DNA from: a virus
Lineage: Duplodnaviria; Heunggongvirae; Uroviricota; Caudoviricetes
IMG/VR virus record: IMGVR_UViG_3300011008_000036
Span: 56,848-120,847 of that record
Reading direction: 5' to 3' (one strand)
DNA: 64,000 bases
In this document: positions 29,026-38,474 of the stretch, in pieces
Layout of the letters: every line of letters begins with the position of its first letter
Position numbering within the stretch: position 1 is the stretch's first letter
Program-made: the position numbers and the translations under genes
The notes under the pieces: generated by a model
The model's input: the letters and a program-made list of their open reading frames with translations, nothing else
Told to the model about the DNA's origin: nothing
Database searches by the model: none

Positions 29026-30207
29026 TTATTTATTATATTCTTTTATTATATTAATAAATTCTTCTAAACTCATGCTATCATTATCATCATAAATATTTAT
29101 AACTTTATTATCTAAAGTTAATTTATCATCATAACATTGAATGATATATGCAGGAGAATTATCAGTTTGATATTTACGTTGAGAATCATAGAAGCTTTTC
29201 ACAACGCTCATCATAATCTTTTCACCATTTCGTAAAGATCGATAATAATCAGTTTGTATTTCATCATGTATACTTCCATCAATATCTACAAGGATATCTT
29301 TTTGTTTAGTATGGATTAAAAAATCCCATCTGTGAAATGGTGATACATAATTACTACCAGTGATAATATTATTTGGGAATAATTTATGAAAATTTTGATC
29401 AGGAAATATATTGTAAAATTGAAATATAAATTCAATATTATTTTCATATAATATTTTCATAAATTCTCCTTCAGTACCTTTCACATTTTGTATTCTATTT
29501 TTAATAAGATAATCTGTGTATTCTTTAGATTCTTTATTTTTTAGAATACATTGTTTTTGTTCATTTTCGACTCGTTCATTATATGAAATATTTGAATAAT
29601 AATCATCTCTACTTTTGAGTAGATTATTAATACGGATTTGACGTTCTTCATCTGATAACGAATTCCACCAAGTCGACCATCCATCTAATGTACATTGTTT
29701 TGATTCACTAGGTAAATTAGCCATTACTTCTTTCATTAAATTACTGAAAGCTTCTCTAGCTTCAGGAGTTAAATTATCCCAGTGCTCTTTTAATCCTTTA
29801 GAAATTTTATCAGAAATTTCTTTCTTCTTTTCATCAGAAAAATTAGCTTTTGTTTTCAAACCTTTTTCAATTCTAGCTTTTACTTGTTCAGGTGTTGAAT
29901 TATTTGCAATATTTAAACTTTGTTGTCGTAATTGTTCAAATCTTAATTCTTTAGTTTCAGGATCCATCTTTTCCCAAACTTCTTTATTAGCTTCAGATAA
30001 TCGTTGAGAATATAGAGCTTTTCTTTCAGGACTCATATTAGCTTTGGTTTTATTAGTTCTTTCAACAGCATATTTCTTCATGCAATCAAAACATAAATTA
30101 GGATTGTTTCGACGTTGTCTTTGTTTAAAACTTTTTCTACTAATTTGATATTCTTTGTTGCATTTATCACATTTTAAAACCATCATATTTTTATTTTCGT
30201 TACTCAT
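29026..30207 (-). CDS. zinc-ribbon protein with NUMOD3-like helical repeats and degenerate PD-(D/E)XK-like C-terminus; homing-endonuclease-like, free-standing on opposite strand
   Basis: N-terminal CDKCNKEY...CFDCMKKY; repeats SPERKALYSQRLSEA / TPEQVKARIEKGLK / SDEKKKEISDKISKGLK / TPEAREAFSNLMKE resemble NUMOD3; C-terminal YVSPFHRWDFLIHTKQKDILVDIDGSIHD parallels the PD..EIEIK core of paralog 31912-32673. Confidence 0.45.
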   Translation of the reverse strand: MSNENKNMMVLKCDKCNKEYQISRKSFKQRQRRNNPNLCFDCMKKYAVERTNKTKANMSPERKALYSQRLSEANKEVWEKMDPETKELRFEQLRQQSLNIANNSTPEQVKARIEKGLKTKANFSDEKKKEISDKISKGLKEHWDNLTPEAREAFSNLMKEVMANLPSESKQCTLDGWSTWWNSLSDEERQIRINNLLKSRDDYYSNISYNERVENEQKQCILKNKESKEYTDYLIKNRIQNVKGTEGEFMKILYENNIEFIFQFYNIFPDQNFHKLFPNNIITGSNYVSPFHRWDFLIHTKQKDILVDIDGSIHDEIQTDYYRSLRNGEKIMMSVVKSFYDSQRKYQTDNSPAYIIQCYDDKLTLDNKVINIYDDNDSMSLEEFINIIKEYNK

Positions 30208-30349
30208 TTTTATTTACCTTCTTTTTTATAAAATTTTTTATAATAACTATCATTAGTTATTATATTACATATATAATATATTATTATGAATATATCTATA
30301 TTATCATTCGACTTAAATATAAATTTATATTGAAGAAGGTGTGATTTTT

Positions 30350-31210
30350 ATGTCAAATTATGTTTTAAATACATTATGCTATTTAAATGAACAAACATCA
30401 TTTCAAGAAGATTATAAAACTGAATTTGGATATGAAGTATATGATAAAGGAAATAGAATGTATTTAATATTTGAAGCAGTTTTACAATCATTTGGTGTTC
30501 GTAATAGAAATGGCAGAGAATACGATGCAGAAAATATAATGGATAAAATCAAAAATGATGAATACATAAATGATCAGTTGAGGAAAAATTGTTGGATGGG
30601 TGAAATAGATCACCCATCCGCTCAATGTCAAGGATCTGAATTGACAATGCAAAGAATTGCAAATCCTTGTATGGAAAAAACTTCACATTATATTCGTAGA
30701 CCTAGATTAAACGGTAATTTATTGGAAGCCAAAATTCAGACAGATTCTTCTACTGATGCTGGAATGAATATGGCAATTAAAATTGTTGATGGTAAAATCA
30801 TTCCATGTTTTAGTGCACGTGTATTAGGTGCACTAGAGAATCGTAACGGACGTCCAGTAGTAAATGTTCGCAAGCTCATAACCTATGATTGGGTACTTTA
30901 CCCCAGCCATAGGGAATCAGAAGCACGGATAAACCAGCCACTCCAAGAATCAGCTGCTTCTTTTGGAACTGAATTGAATGGACGATTAATATATTTTCCA
31001 CAATTAGCACAAATGGCTGCAAAATCATCTAAAGAAACTGAAATATTATGTGAATCATTTGGGTTAGATATTTCTGATGTTACTGGAGTAACAAATACTG
31101 GAAATAGTGTTGTAATTCAAGAAAATAAAAATATTTATATTCAACCATTAACATCATCTAATATTAGAAAGAAGACACAGAATTTATTAATGGATTGGCT
31201 AAATTCATAA
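30350..31210 (+). CDS. prohead core protease, T4 gp21 family
   Basis: AAGGTG RBS before ATG 30350. FEAVLQSFGVRNRNGREYDAENIMDKIKNDEYINDQLRKNCWMGEIDHPSAQ vs T4 gp21 GIFLQAEVVNRNKRLYPKRVLEKAVKDYINEQVLTKQALGELNHPPRAN; IKIVDGKIIPCFSARVLGAL vs ANIRAGWIPGVSSRGLGSL. Confidence 0.7.
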   Translation: MSNYVLNTLCYLNEQTSFQEDYKTEFGYEVYDKGNRMYLIFEAVLQSFGVRNRNGREYDAENIMDKIKNDEYINDQLRKNCWMGEIDHPSAQCQGSELTMQRIANPCMEKTSHYIRRPRLNGNLLEAKIQTDSSTDAGMNMAIKIVDGKIIPCFSARVLGALENRNGRPVVNVRKLITYDWVLYPSHRESEARINQPLQESAASFGTELNGRLIYFPQLAQMAAKSSKETEILCESFGLDISDVTGVTNTGNSVVIQENKNIYIQPLTSSNIRKKTQNLLMDWLNS

Positions 31211-31224
31211 CTAGTTAATACTTC

Positions 31225-31235
31225 AATGATATATT
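31225..31235 (+). promoter_or_regulatory. AATGATATATT motif copy
   Basis: 15 nt after protease stop; 51 nt before ATG 31286. Confidence 0.35.
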
Positions 31236-31285
31236 ATTATATTATAGAAACAATAAATAATGTTATGAAAAGGAGCTATAATATA

Positions 31286-31435
31286 ATGAGTATGGTGGAA
31301 TTCGAAAATGCGTTAACTAATTTATTTGTTCAAACTCCAACGAAATCTAGACCAATTAAAAAACGTGCTTGGAAACTTCCAAAAAAGACTATTAAGGAAA
31401 GGGAACATTTAAGATTAATTCCAATAATGAGATAA
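31286..31435 (+). CDS. small basic protein
   Basis: AAAAGGAG RBS before ATG 31286; MSMVEFENALTNLFVQTPTKSRPIKKRAWKLPKK... Confidence 0.35.
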   Translation: MSMVEFENALTNLFVQTPTKSRPIKKRAWKLPKKTIKEREHLRLIPIMR

Positions 31436-31440
31436 ATCGT

Positions 31441-31482
31441 ATTTATTCACAATATAATGATATATTATAATTGTGAATAAAT
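31441..31482. repeat. 42-nt palindrome with the AATGATATATT motif in its centre
   Basis: atttattcacaat-ataatgatatattata-attgtgaataaat; 26 nt of it (31456-31481) recur reverse-complemented at 16164-16189. Confidence 0.55.
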
Positions 31483-31492
31483 AAAATAATCG

Positions 31493-31528
31493 GATATTGA
31501 AAATTATATTAATATAATTTTCAATATC
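31493..31528. repeat. perfect 36-nt palindrome
   Basis: gatattgaaaattatat|taatataattttcaatatc. Confidence 0.55.
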
Positions 31529-31567
31529 TGTTGAATTTATAAATATATTAGAAAAAGAAAGGAGATG

Positions 31568-31601
31568 ATCAAGGTGTATATAATAATTAGACCACCTTGA
31601 T
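31568..31601. repeat. hairpin overlapping a RBS-preceded mini-ORF (VYIIIRPP*)
   Basis: atcaaggtg-N16-caccttgat; AGGAG then GTG 31574 ... TGA 31600. Confidence 0.4.
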
Positions 31602-31645
31602 TTAAAAAAAATAAATATATAATAAAATACACAGCCTAATATTTT

Positions 31646-31676
31646 AAAAGTGATCCATTTAATATGGATCACTTTT
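31646..31676. terminator. bidirectional hairpin terminator
   Basis: aaaagtgatccat-ttaat-atggatcactttt, A-run on one side and T-run on the other; 20 nt from stop of - gene 31696-31902. Confidence 0.55.
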
Positions 31677-31695
31677 ATTTTATATATTTATTTTT

Positions 31696-31902
31696 TTATC
31701 TATATGAATATATTAAACCTGTTAGTGCTTCAAAATCATCTACTGAAATTCTGCCATCAACAACAAATTCCATTACAAGATCAACACGTTCAATTGGTTT
31801 ATAATTTTTTTGTATGTTCTCGAGTGTTTCTTTTTCATAATCATTTAAATTTTCTCTATTGCTAAAATCTATATAATATTTTGATTCATCATAAATAATC
31901 AT
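31696..31902 (-). CDS. small acidic protein translationally coupled to upstream nuclease gene
   Basis: AGAGGAG RBS overlaps stop of 31912-32673 gene. Confidence 0.4.
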   Translation of the reverse strand: MIIYDESKYYIDFSNRENLNDYEKETLENIQKNYKPIERVDLVMEFVVDGRISVDDFEALTGLIYSYR

Positions 31903-31911
31903 TGTATTTCA

Positions 31912-32673
31912 TTACTCCTCTTTTAATAATTTCATAAAGTCATCATATTTTTTATCATATATAATAATGTAAGTAAATAAATTGGAACATGATTCCATTA
32001 ATTTATTTTTTTCTATTTCTTTGGATCTACTATCAGGATTTTGTTTATCCATTCTAATAGATGATTTAATTTCTATTTCTAAATTTAAACTGGGTAAATA
32101 AAAATCAGGAATATATAAATGTTTCTTACCTGAATAAAAATATTCATATGTATGTGGTGAGGGAGAAAGTATATCAGCTGAAGACCAATGTAATTCTTGG
32201 TCTAAATATTTTAAAAAATCTAATTCATATGTTCCAACATATCCTATTTTTGTTTTTCCATCCGACCATGAATATACGCCAGATATTTTTCTATTAGCTA
32301 ACATTTTTTTCTGTTGTTCCATATCATTTAGTAAATTTACTTTCCCATACTTTCCAATCATATTTTTATCAACTGATTCTTTGTATTTTTGTTTACATTG
32401 TGGATTATTACAAAAACGAGAATATTTCATAGTAGCTTCATTAAATTCTGTTTCTCTATGACAAATTATACATGATCCATGATCTTTTTTTGTTAATAAA
32501 TAATAAAACCACTGGTAACCTGTCATATCCTTTGGTAATAAATCTTTATGTTTTATTTCATAATGCTCACCCATTTTATGTTTTGCACTAATCTTATCTT
32601 TTTTCTCATTCATTTTTGGGGTTATTGTATAATCACAGTGTTGACATTTATAAATTAACATTATATTTGACAC
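31912..32673 (-). CDS. zinc-ribbon PD-(D/E)XK nuclease, homing-endonuclease-like, free-standing on opposite strand
   Basis: N-terminal CQHCDY...CIICHRE...CNNPQC zinc ribbons; C-terminal YELDFLKYLD ... YIPDFYLPSLNLEIEIK = E/D ... PD-x(n)-ExK nuclease core. Confidence 0.55.
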   Translation of the reverse strand: MSNIMLIYKCQHCDYTITPKMNEKKDKISAKHKMGEHYEIKHKDLLPKDMTGYQWFYYLLTKKDHGSCIICHRETEFNEATMKYSRFCNNPQCKQKYKESVDKNMIGKYGKVNLLNDMEQQKKMLANRKISGVYSWSDGKTKIGYVGTYELDFLKYLDQELHWSSADILSPSPHTYEYFYSGKKHLYIPDFYLPSLNLEIEIKSSIRMDKQNPDSRSKEIEKNKLMESCSNLFTYIIIYDKKYDDFMKLLKEE

Positions 32674-32781
32674 CTTCTTAATTTAATATACCGATAAAAT
32701 AATTTTATAATAATAGTATTTTATTGACCAAAATGTAAAACTTTATATATTACAAAATGTAAGAGGAGGAATCTAATAATT

Positions 32782-35313
32782 ATGAAAGATTTTCCAAACG
32801 GAGCATTGAATGATAATTGGTTTTCTTCAGATACTGCACAGTTTATGGTGAAAATGTCAATGCTTAAAAAAATGATATATGAAATTATTGTTCAGCGTCG
32901 AATATCAAATTTATATGATGTTGAAAGGTTTTCTGATTATCTTGATGAATATATCAACAATTGGCATGAATATGCAATGGATACATACGAAAAAATGCGT
33001 GAATGTGAAATTAAAAAATCTGATTTTACAATAATACCGTATGCTGATGTTAAAAATTATATTTACGCAACATATGATTATGCATCAATGTTACAATATG
33101 CTGATGGATTATTAAAAGGAATTGATGAAGAAGAGTTTGAAGATAATGAAGATATTAATGATTTCTTCATATATACTATTAATAGAGCATTTAAAGATCG
33201 TGGTGAATGTGCAGCTGATATGATAAATGAAGCATTGGTGAATAATAATTCATTTCTAGTTAAATACATTCCTGTGAATGATTTAGAAATCAAACAATTT
33301 AAACATATTTGTGGATATAATATTTTTAATAATAAAGACAAAAATGATTTAATTAGATCCTGTGGAAAAATGGTTGAATTTTTATGTTTAAATTTAAAAG
33401 ACTCAATCAATTCTACCAATGATATTGGATTAATAATTAAAATGTTTACTAGTATCATTGACTATATTACATGTTCAATTATTGCATTTACTAGTAGAAT
33501 TTATATAATTACTTCATATGCTTACAGATTTATTTCCATATGTGAAAATAAAAATATCAACGAATCGGTATTTGATGAAAATGATTTAGATTGTGATTCA
33601 TTGTTACAATGTGATGAAATTATATTACATGATGATTCCAGAATACATGATGTTGAAAAAATGTTTAAATTGGTTCTGGATAAACATAATATTTCATATT
33701 CAAATCTTACACTAAAAGATGATAACAAATATGTTTCTGCATTAAACATAAATTTATTATTCCAAGCATTTCATCATTTTTCATTACCATCTTTAGATCA
33801 TGAAAAAATTATACCTGAAACTGAATTAAATGAATTGGTATTTAATTTAAAAGAATTATTATATAACAAATATCAAGGTTTTAGTACACATGCTTCATCA
33901 AAAGAAGAATTCTTTAATATTTTAAAAAATACTGATGAACCAAAACCATCGATTGATGGATATAAATCTTTATTAAAAGATTTGGTATTATTTGGTATAA
34001 ATTCTTTACAATGTGTATCATATTATTTATCAAATACTTCTGATGCTTATAAAACTAAATATCTTGTTAGTGGATACAAACCTTCGATTATAAATGATTT
34101 GTCAACAATTCATAATATAATGGGTGAATTATATCGAGATTTGGCAACAGCTATTTTCTACAAGATTAAATATTTTAACAGAAAATTATATCAGTTGGAA
34201 GGAAAAGAAAGTCAAAAACTTATTAATGATATGAAACTTACTAATCATGGATGGGAATTAGACATTAATCAAGCTGATGTTGAAATGGTAGCTTTACCAA
34301 ATACTATGAGAGATAGTAGTACTTCAATAGTTAGTAAAGTTGGTATATTGCCTCAATATGAAAATGCTTTATTGTATTATGAATATTTAATGTCACTTCC
34401 TAATACTGATGAATATTTTAAAGAAGCTATTACATGGCAAACTATATTTGAACAATTAAAGGTATTCTTTAATCGATTAATTCAAGCAAGTAGACAATTA
34501 ATAAACAATGCACAATTCAAAGCTGCTGTTAATTGGGTCACGACAAATGAATCACAACTAACATCCCAATTACAAAATTTCAGAGGAGAAATGAAAGTTT
34601 TTCCATATAAATCAGAAATTAATGTTAATGAAATTAGTACAGCTTTAACTTCAGCAATGGATAATTTTAAAGCTAAATATAATAGTATAAAAACTGATAA
34701 AGATGTTGATGATATAATTGCTCAATTCTATAGTATGTTAAAAGGAATTGATTATCGCAATATTAAGAATAATGCAAATAATGACATTAAAAATATTTAC
34801 GCAAACTGGTTATTATTTGGAAATCTTAATAAAGAACCTACCAAAGAAATCAGTTTAACTAGTTCAGCTGCTGTTGGAACTCAACTACGGAATTGGATTG
34901 CAAATGTAAAGAAAGCAGTCAATATTCACGAAGGATTTATTACGCTAAACAACGAAATTAACGCACGTCAGCAAACAATTGTTAACACGTTAAATAGTTC
35001 AGCTAATACTAGTACAACAACTCAACCTGCACAGACTGCCGGAAATGGAAATTCTCCCGATATGCCCAGTGTAAATGCTACAAACAATAATCAACAAAGT
35101 CAACAAACAGCTGGTGGAACTCAAACACCACAGTCAGCTCAAAATGATAAAAGTGTTATTGAGACATTAAAACAAACAGCTATAAACAAAATGATTACAG
35201 CTGTTCAATTTCTTTGGGGAGACTTATACTCACTTGTCACAAATGCTATAACAACTCAGTATAAATATATTCAAGAATACAATAGAATTACGAATATTAA
35301 AAATGTTGTCTAA
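32782..35313 (+). CDS. large hypothetical protein, probable virion/head-associated protein
   Basis: AGAGGAGG RBS; 843 aa; T/Q/N/A-rich segment near C-terminus; downstream of protease in same orientation. Confidence 0.45.
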   Translation: MKDFPNGALNDNWFSSDTAQFMVKMSMLKKMIYEIIVQRRISNLYDVERFSDYLDEYINNWHEYAMDTYEKMRECEIKKSDFTIIPYADVKNYIYATYDYASMLQYADGLLKGIDEEEFEDNEDINDFFIYTINRAFKDRGECAADMINEALVNNNSFLVKYIPVNDLEIKQFKHICGYNIFNNKDKNDLIRSCGKMVEFLCLNLKDSINSTNDIGLIIKMFTSIIDYITCSIIAFTSRIYIITSYAYRFISICENKNINESVFDENDLDCDSLLQCDEIILHDDSRIHDVEKMFKLVLDKHNISYSNLTLKDDNKYVSALNINLLFQAFHHFSLPSLDHEKIIPETELNELVFNLKELLYNKYQGFSTHASSKEEFFNILKNTDEPKPSIDGYKSLLKDLVLFGINSLQCVSYYLSNTSDAYKTKYLVSGYKPSIINDLSTIHNIMGELYRDLATAIFYKIKYFNRKLYQLEGKESQKLINDMKLTNHGWELDINQADVEMVALPNTMRDSSTSIVSKVGILPQYENALLYYEYLMSLPNTDEYFKEAITWQTIFEQLKVFFNRLIQASRQLINNAQFKAAVNWVTTNESQLTSQLQNFRGEMKVFPYKSEINVNEISTALTSAMDNFKAKYNSIKTDKDVDDIIAQFYSMLKGIDYRNIKNNANNDIKNIYANWLLFGNLNKEPTKEISLTSSAAVGTQLRNWIANVKKAVNIHEGFITLNNEINARQQTIVNTLNSSANTSTTTQPAQTAGNGNSPDMPSVNATNNNQQSQQTAGGTQTPQSAQNDKSVIETLKQTAINKMITAVQFLWGDLYSLVTNAITTQYKYIQEYNRITNIKNVV

Positions 35314-35317
35314 ACAT

Positions 35318-35355
35318 CAAATCATAATAATGAGGAAAAATTCCTCATTATTATG
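35318..35355 (+). terminator. hairpin terminator
   Basis: tcataataatgagga-aaaat-tcctcattattatga then T-run. Confidence 0.55.
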
Positions 35356-35413
35356 ATTATTTTTTTATTTATATATTATTAAATAGAGATAAAAAATAAG
35401 AGGTGTTTTATAA

Positions 35414-36280
35414 ATGAATAATACTATTTATGATGAAAATTTTATAACTAATGAAATTGATGATTTACCTGATGAGGTATTTCAAAAAAATTGTTATGTA
35501 TTTTTCTCAGGCGGAGCTGATTCAACTGCAGTACTTGAATTAGTTTCATATAGATGTTCTAAATTAAAATTACCATGTACAGCTGTTACATTCAATGCTA
35601 CTCATTATGATCAGAATAAATATGCTAAGGAAAGTACTGCTAGAGAAAATATTATTTCAAATTTGAGAGAACGTGGAAGATGGATTGAAGAGCTTTTTGT
35701 AAGTTTGACAACATTTAATGATCGGTGTAAAATTGTTTTCCCCATTAGATCAGGATATAGTGCTTTACCCCAACAATTATCATGGTTTGCAAATTCATTA
35801 TTATTTATGGAAAATGATTGTAGTTTATTTTTCGGATACAATAAAGATGATTCTAACTTTTGGAGACATTTACATTATTTCAACAAAATATATTCATCCG
35901 TGATACATTTAGCTGGGAAACTTTCGGCACGAATTTATCTACCATTAGCTTTTCATAGTAAAGTATCAGTATTAGATTATTTGCATGAACAATGTTTAGA
36001 TGATTTTACATGGTCATGTGAAAATTATAGTTATATTGATAGAACTAAATTGGATCAAAAACTTTGCGGACACTGTTCTTCTTGTAGACTTAATGTTTCA
36101 GCACTAGTACAATTATATCAAAAGATTGGTGACATTAATAAACAGAAGTGGATACTTGATAAATTAAAAAATATTTATGATATTGATTTATCAAATATTA
36201 ATAAATCTGATAATAAACAAATAAATGATTCTGAAATATTTGAAGATTATGATACGAAATATAATATATTCTTTGATTAA
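35414..36280 (+). CDS. queC: QueC-like PP-loop ATPase (7-cyano-7-deazaguanine synthase family)
   Basis: AGAGGTG RBS; PP-loop YVFFSGGADSTAVLEL (SGGxDS); C-terminal Cys cluster WSCENYSY...LCGHCSSCRLN matching the QueC zinc motif (C...CxxCxxC). Confidence 0.55.
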   Translation: MNNTIYDENFITNEIDDLPDEVFQKNCYVFFSGGADSTAVLELVSYRCSKLKLPCTAVTFNATHYDQNKYAKESTARENIISNLRERGRWIEELFVSLTTFNDRCKIVFPIRSGYSALPQQLSWFANSLLFMENDCSLFFGYNKDDSNFWRHLHYFNKIYSSVIHLAGKLSARIYLPLAFHSKVSVLDYLHEQCLDDFTWSCENYSYIDRTKLDQKLCGHCSSCRLNVSALVQLYQKIGDINKQKWILDKLKNIYDIDLSNINKSDNKQINDSEIFEDYDTKYNIFFD

Positions 36281-36298
36281 GGGAGAATAATTAATATT

Positions 36299-37675
36299 AT
36301 GAATAAAGAATTTGAAGAGCAATTTGGAAAATTATATGAAAGATTATCAGCTAAAGAAATTGAAGATGAGGATGAAGAAGATTTTATTAGTAGTGAAGAA
36401 ATTGTCAAGATGAAACATCTTCCAGAAGCAAGCAAAGATGGTCCAATATTGGATACTGTTGATGATGCTGAAATGGAAGAAGTGTTTCACTATAAAAGAT
36501 ATAATAAAGGAAAACAACATGTTTACACAGAACAAGAATTAGAACAAATTAAAAAATCGTGTTTAAATACTCTTGTACATGATTATAGTTCTCAAGACGA
36601 ATATCATCTTACTGATGATGAAAGATTGAAGAATGATAATTTAAAAGAATTAGAAATTAAATTATCTAAATTGAAAACTATATATCGTCAAGTTGATCAA
36701 TATGTCATTGCAATGAGAACTGTTATGGAAGCATGGAAAATTCTGGAAGAAAAAGAAAATATTTTATTTTCTGAACAAGAATTTTATAAAATGATTCGAG
36801 AAGGTAAAATTTCTCATCCAAGAATTCCAATGCCAAAGTTGAAAAATGCTGATAAATACAATCTTGATTTAATCATAACTTATATATCAAATTCTGAATT
36901 GGATCCAAAAGAATTAGTTCCAAAGAACTTTTCTAAACATGATTATTTATCAGATGAAGATGATGATTATTATGATGAAACAGAAGAAGATAGAATGAAT
37001 AGATTATTGGATGATAGTGAAATTCAATTTATTATTGATAATGCAGATAATCCGCCAGAATTTAAAGTTCATCCAATAAAGAATAAATATATTAGAGGAT
37101 ATAAGAAAACTATATTTTCAAAGAAAAAGAAACATAAAGGCAATAAAGTACAAAAACGAATCACAAAGGATATTCATGATTTATTAAATAAAATTCAAAT
37201 GGATCCAAATAATTATAGAGAATCAGGAATTTCAAGATCTTATATGATTACAAGTAATTTATTTAGTCCGAGAGAAAAAGAAAATTCAATTTGGGATGAA
37301 GTTAGATTCCAAGGAGACTGGGCAAATAAATGGGATGTTGAACTCTATAATATTCTTGAAAGAATGAAATTATCAGAATTGGAATATCCTGGAAAGAGAT
37401 TTACAACATATGCCGATCAAGAAGTAAATAGATTCTTTAATGTATTAGAAGCACATGGAATAAATACTATTGAACTTCGACAAAAAGTTACTAAAGGTAC
37501 AACAATAAATGATGTTGTTGAGAAAAATAAGAAAAAAGAAAATCGTAAACTAGAAGCTCAAATAGTACAACGAATTACAAAACTTAATAATGACAGTAAA
37601 TTTAAGAAGTTGGTTGCCAAAGCAGAGAATGCATTAGCAGACTATAATGAGGAGGACTATGAAAATGACGATTAG
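36299..37675 (+). CDS. hypothetical acidic protein
   Basis: AGGGAGA RBS; 458 aa. Confidence 0.45.
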   Translation: MNKEFEEQFGKLYERLSAKEIEDEDEEDFISSEEIVKMKHLPEASKDGPILDTVDDAEMEEVFHYKRYNKGKQHVYTEQELEQIKKSCLNTLVHDYSSQDEYHLTDDERLKNDNLKELEIKLSKLKTIYRQVDQYVIAMRTVMEAWKILEEKENILFSEQEFYKMIREGKISHPRIPMPKLKNADKYNLDLIITYISNSELDPKELVPKNFSKHDYLSDEDDDYYDETEEDRMNRLLDDSEIQFIIDNADNPPEFKVHPIKNKYIRGYKKTIFSKKKKHKGNKVQKRITKDIHDLLNKIQMDPNNYRESGISRSYMITSNLFSPREKENSIWDEVRFQGDWANKWDVELYNILERMKLSELEYPGKRFTTYADQEVNRFFNVLEAHGINTIELRQKVTKGTTINDVVEKNKKKENRKLEAQIVQRITKLNNDSKFKKLVAKAENALADYNEEDYENDD

Positions 37676-37865
37676 TGACGAAAAAGAATTAGACATCTAT
37701 AGGAAAAATAAAAAAGCAATAATTCAACTCCTAAAATTAGGAGATGATTATGCTTACTTTGAAGGACAAGATGGAGATTGTAAACATTTTAGAGATATGA
37801 TTCAATGTATAGAAAATAATGAAATTTTTAAAAATACTTTTAATTCATATATAAAGGGGTTGTAA
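37665..37865 (+). CDS. small hypothetical protein
   Basis: GAGGAGG 9 nt before ATG 37665, overlaps previous stop. Confidence 0.3.
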   Translation: MTISDEKELDIYRKNKKAIIQLLKLGDDYAYFEGQDGDCKHFRDMIQCIENNEIFKNTFNSYIKGL

Positions 37866-37869
37866 ATTA

Positions 37870-38442
37870 ATGGTTGCTTCTAGCATTGAGATGTATACGG
37901 ATGGAAGTGCTTTGAATAATCCTGGACTAGCAGGATATGGTTATATTATCAGATATTGGACAGATGTTAATTATGCGATTGAACAACAACTTCAAGGCAG
38001 TCAAGCATTTTCTCGATCAACAAATAATAGAATGGAAATGAAAGGTGTTATCGAAGGATTGAAAAAAATAATTTCTGAATTCGATAATCAAAATTTTGCA
38101 CAAGTAAATCAAATTGATATTTATAGTGATTCTAAATATGTAATTGATGCCATCAATGGTGGTTGGTTGAGAAAATGGATACAGAATAATTGGATGACCT
38201 CTGGATATCAAGGTAAAGCTCCAACTCCTGTAAAGAATAAAGACTTGTGGGAAGAGTTTCTTCAAATAGAAGATGAATTGAGTAAGAGACATATTAAATA
38301 CACAATTAGTTATGTTAAAGGTCATGATGGAATAATATGGAATGAAGCAGTTGATAAATTAGCTACGAATGCATCTAAAAATGGTCCATATGAAGTTGAT
38401 GAAGGTTTTAATCAACTCTCGAATAAATACTATAAATTATAA
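37870..38442 (+). CDS. rnhA: ribonuclease HI
   Basis: IEMYTDGSALNNPGLAGYGYII, NNRMEMKGVIEGL, IDIYSDSKYVIDAINGGWLRKW, VKGHDGIIWNEAVDKLA = canonical RNase H DEDD(H) core. Confidence 0.8.
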   Translation: MVASSIEMYTDGSALNNPGLAGYGYIIRYWTDVNYAIEQQLQGSQAFSRSTNNRMEMKGVIEGLKKIISEFDNQNFAQVNQIDIYSDSKYVIDAINGGWLRKWIQNNWMTSGYQGKAPTPVKNKDLWEEFLQIEDELSKRHIKYTISYVKGHDGIIWNEAVDKLATNASKNGPYEVDEGFNQLSNKYYKL

Positions 38443-38474
38443 CATTATTATTTATTTGAGGTGAATTAATATCA

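Noticed and set aside
31415-31865. ORFs 31415-31672 (-) and 31650-31865 (+) spanning the hairpin-rich intergenic region
   Set aside because: They run through four perfect palindromes and terminators and overlap real genes on the other strand; no RBS.
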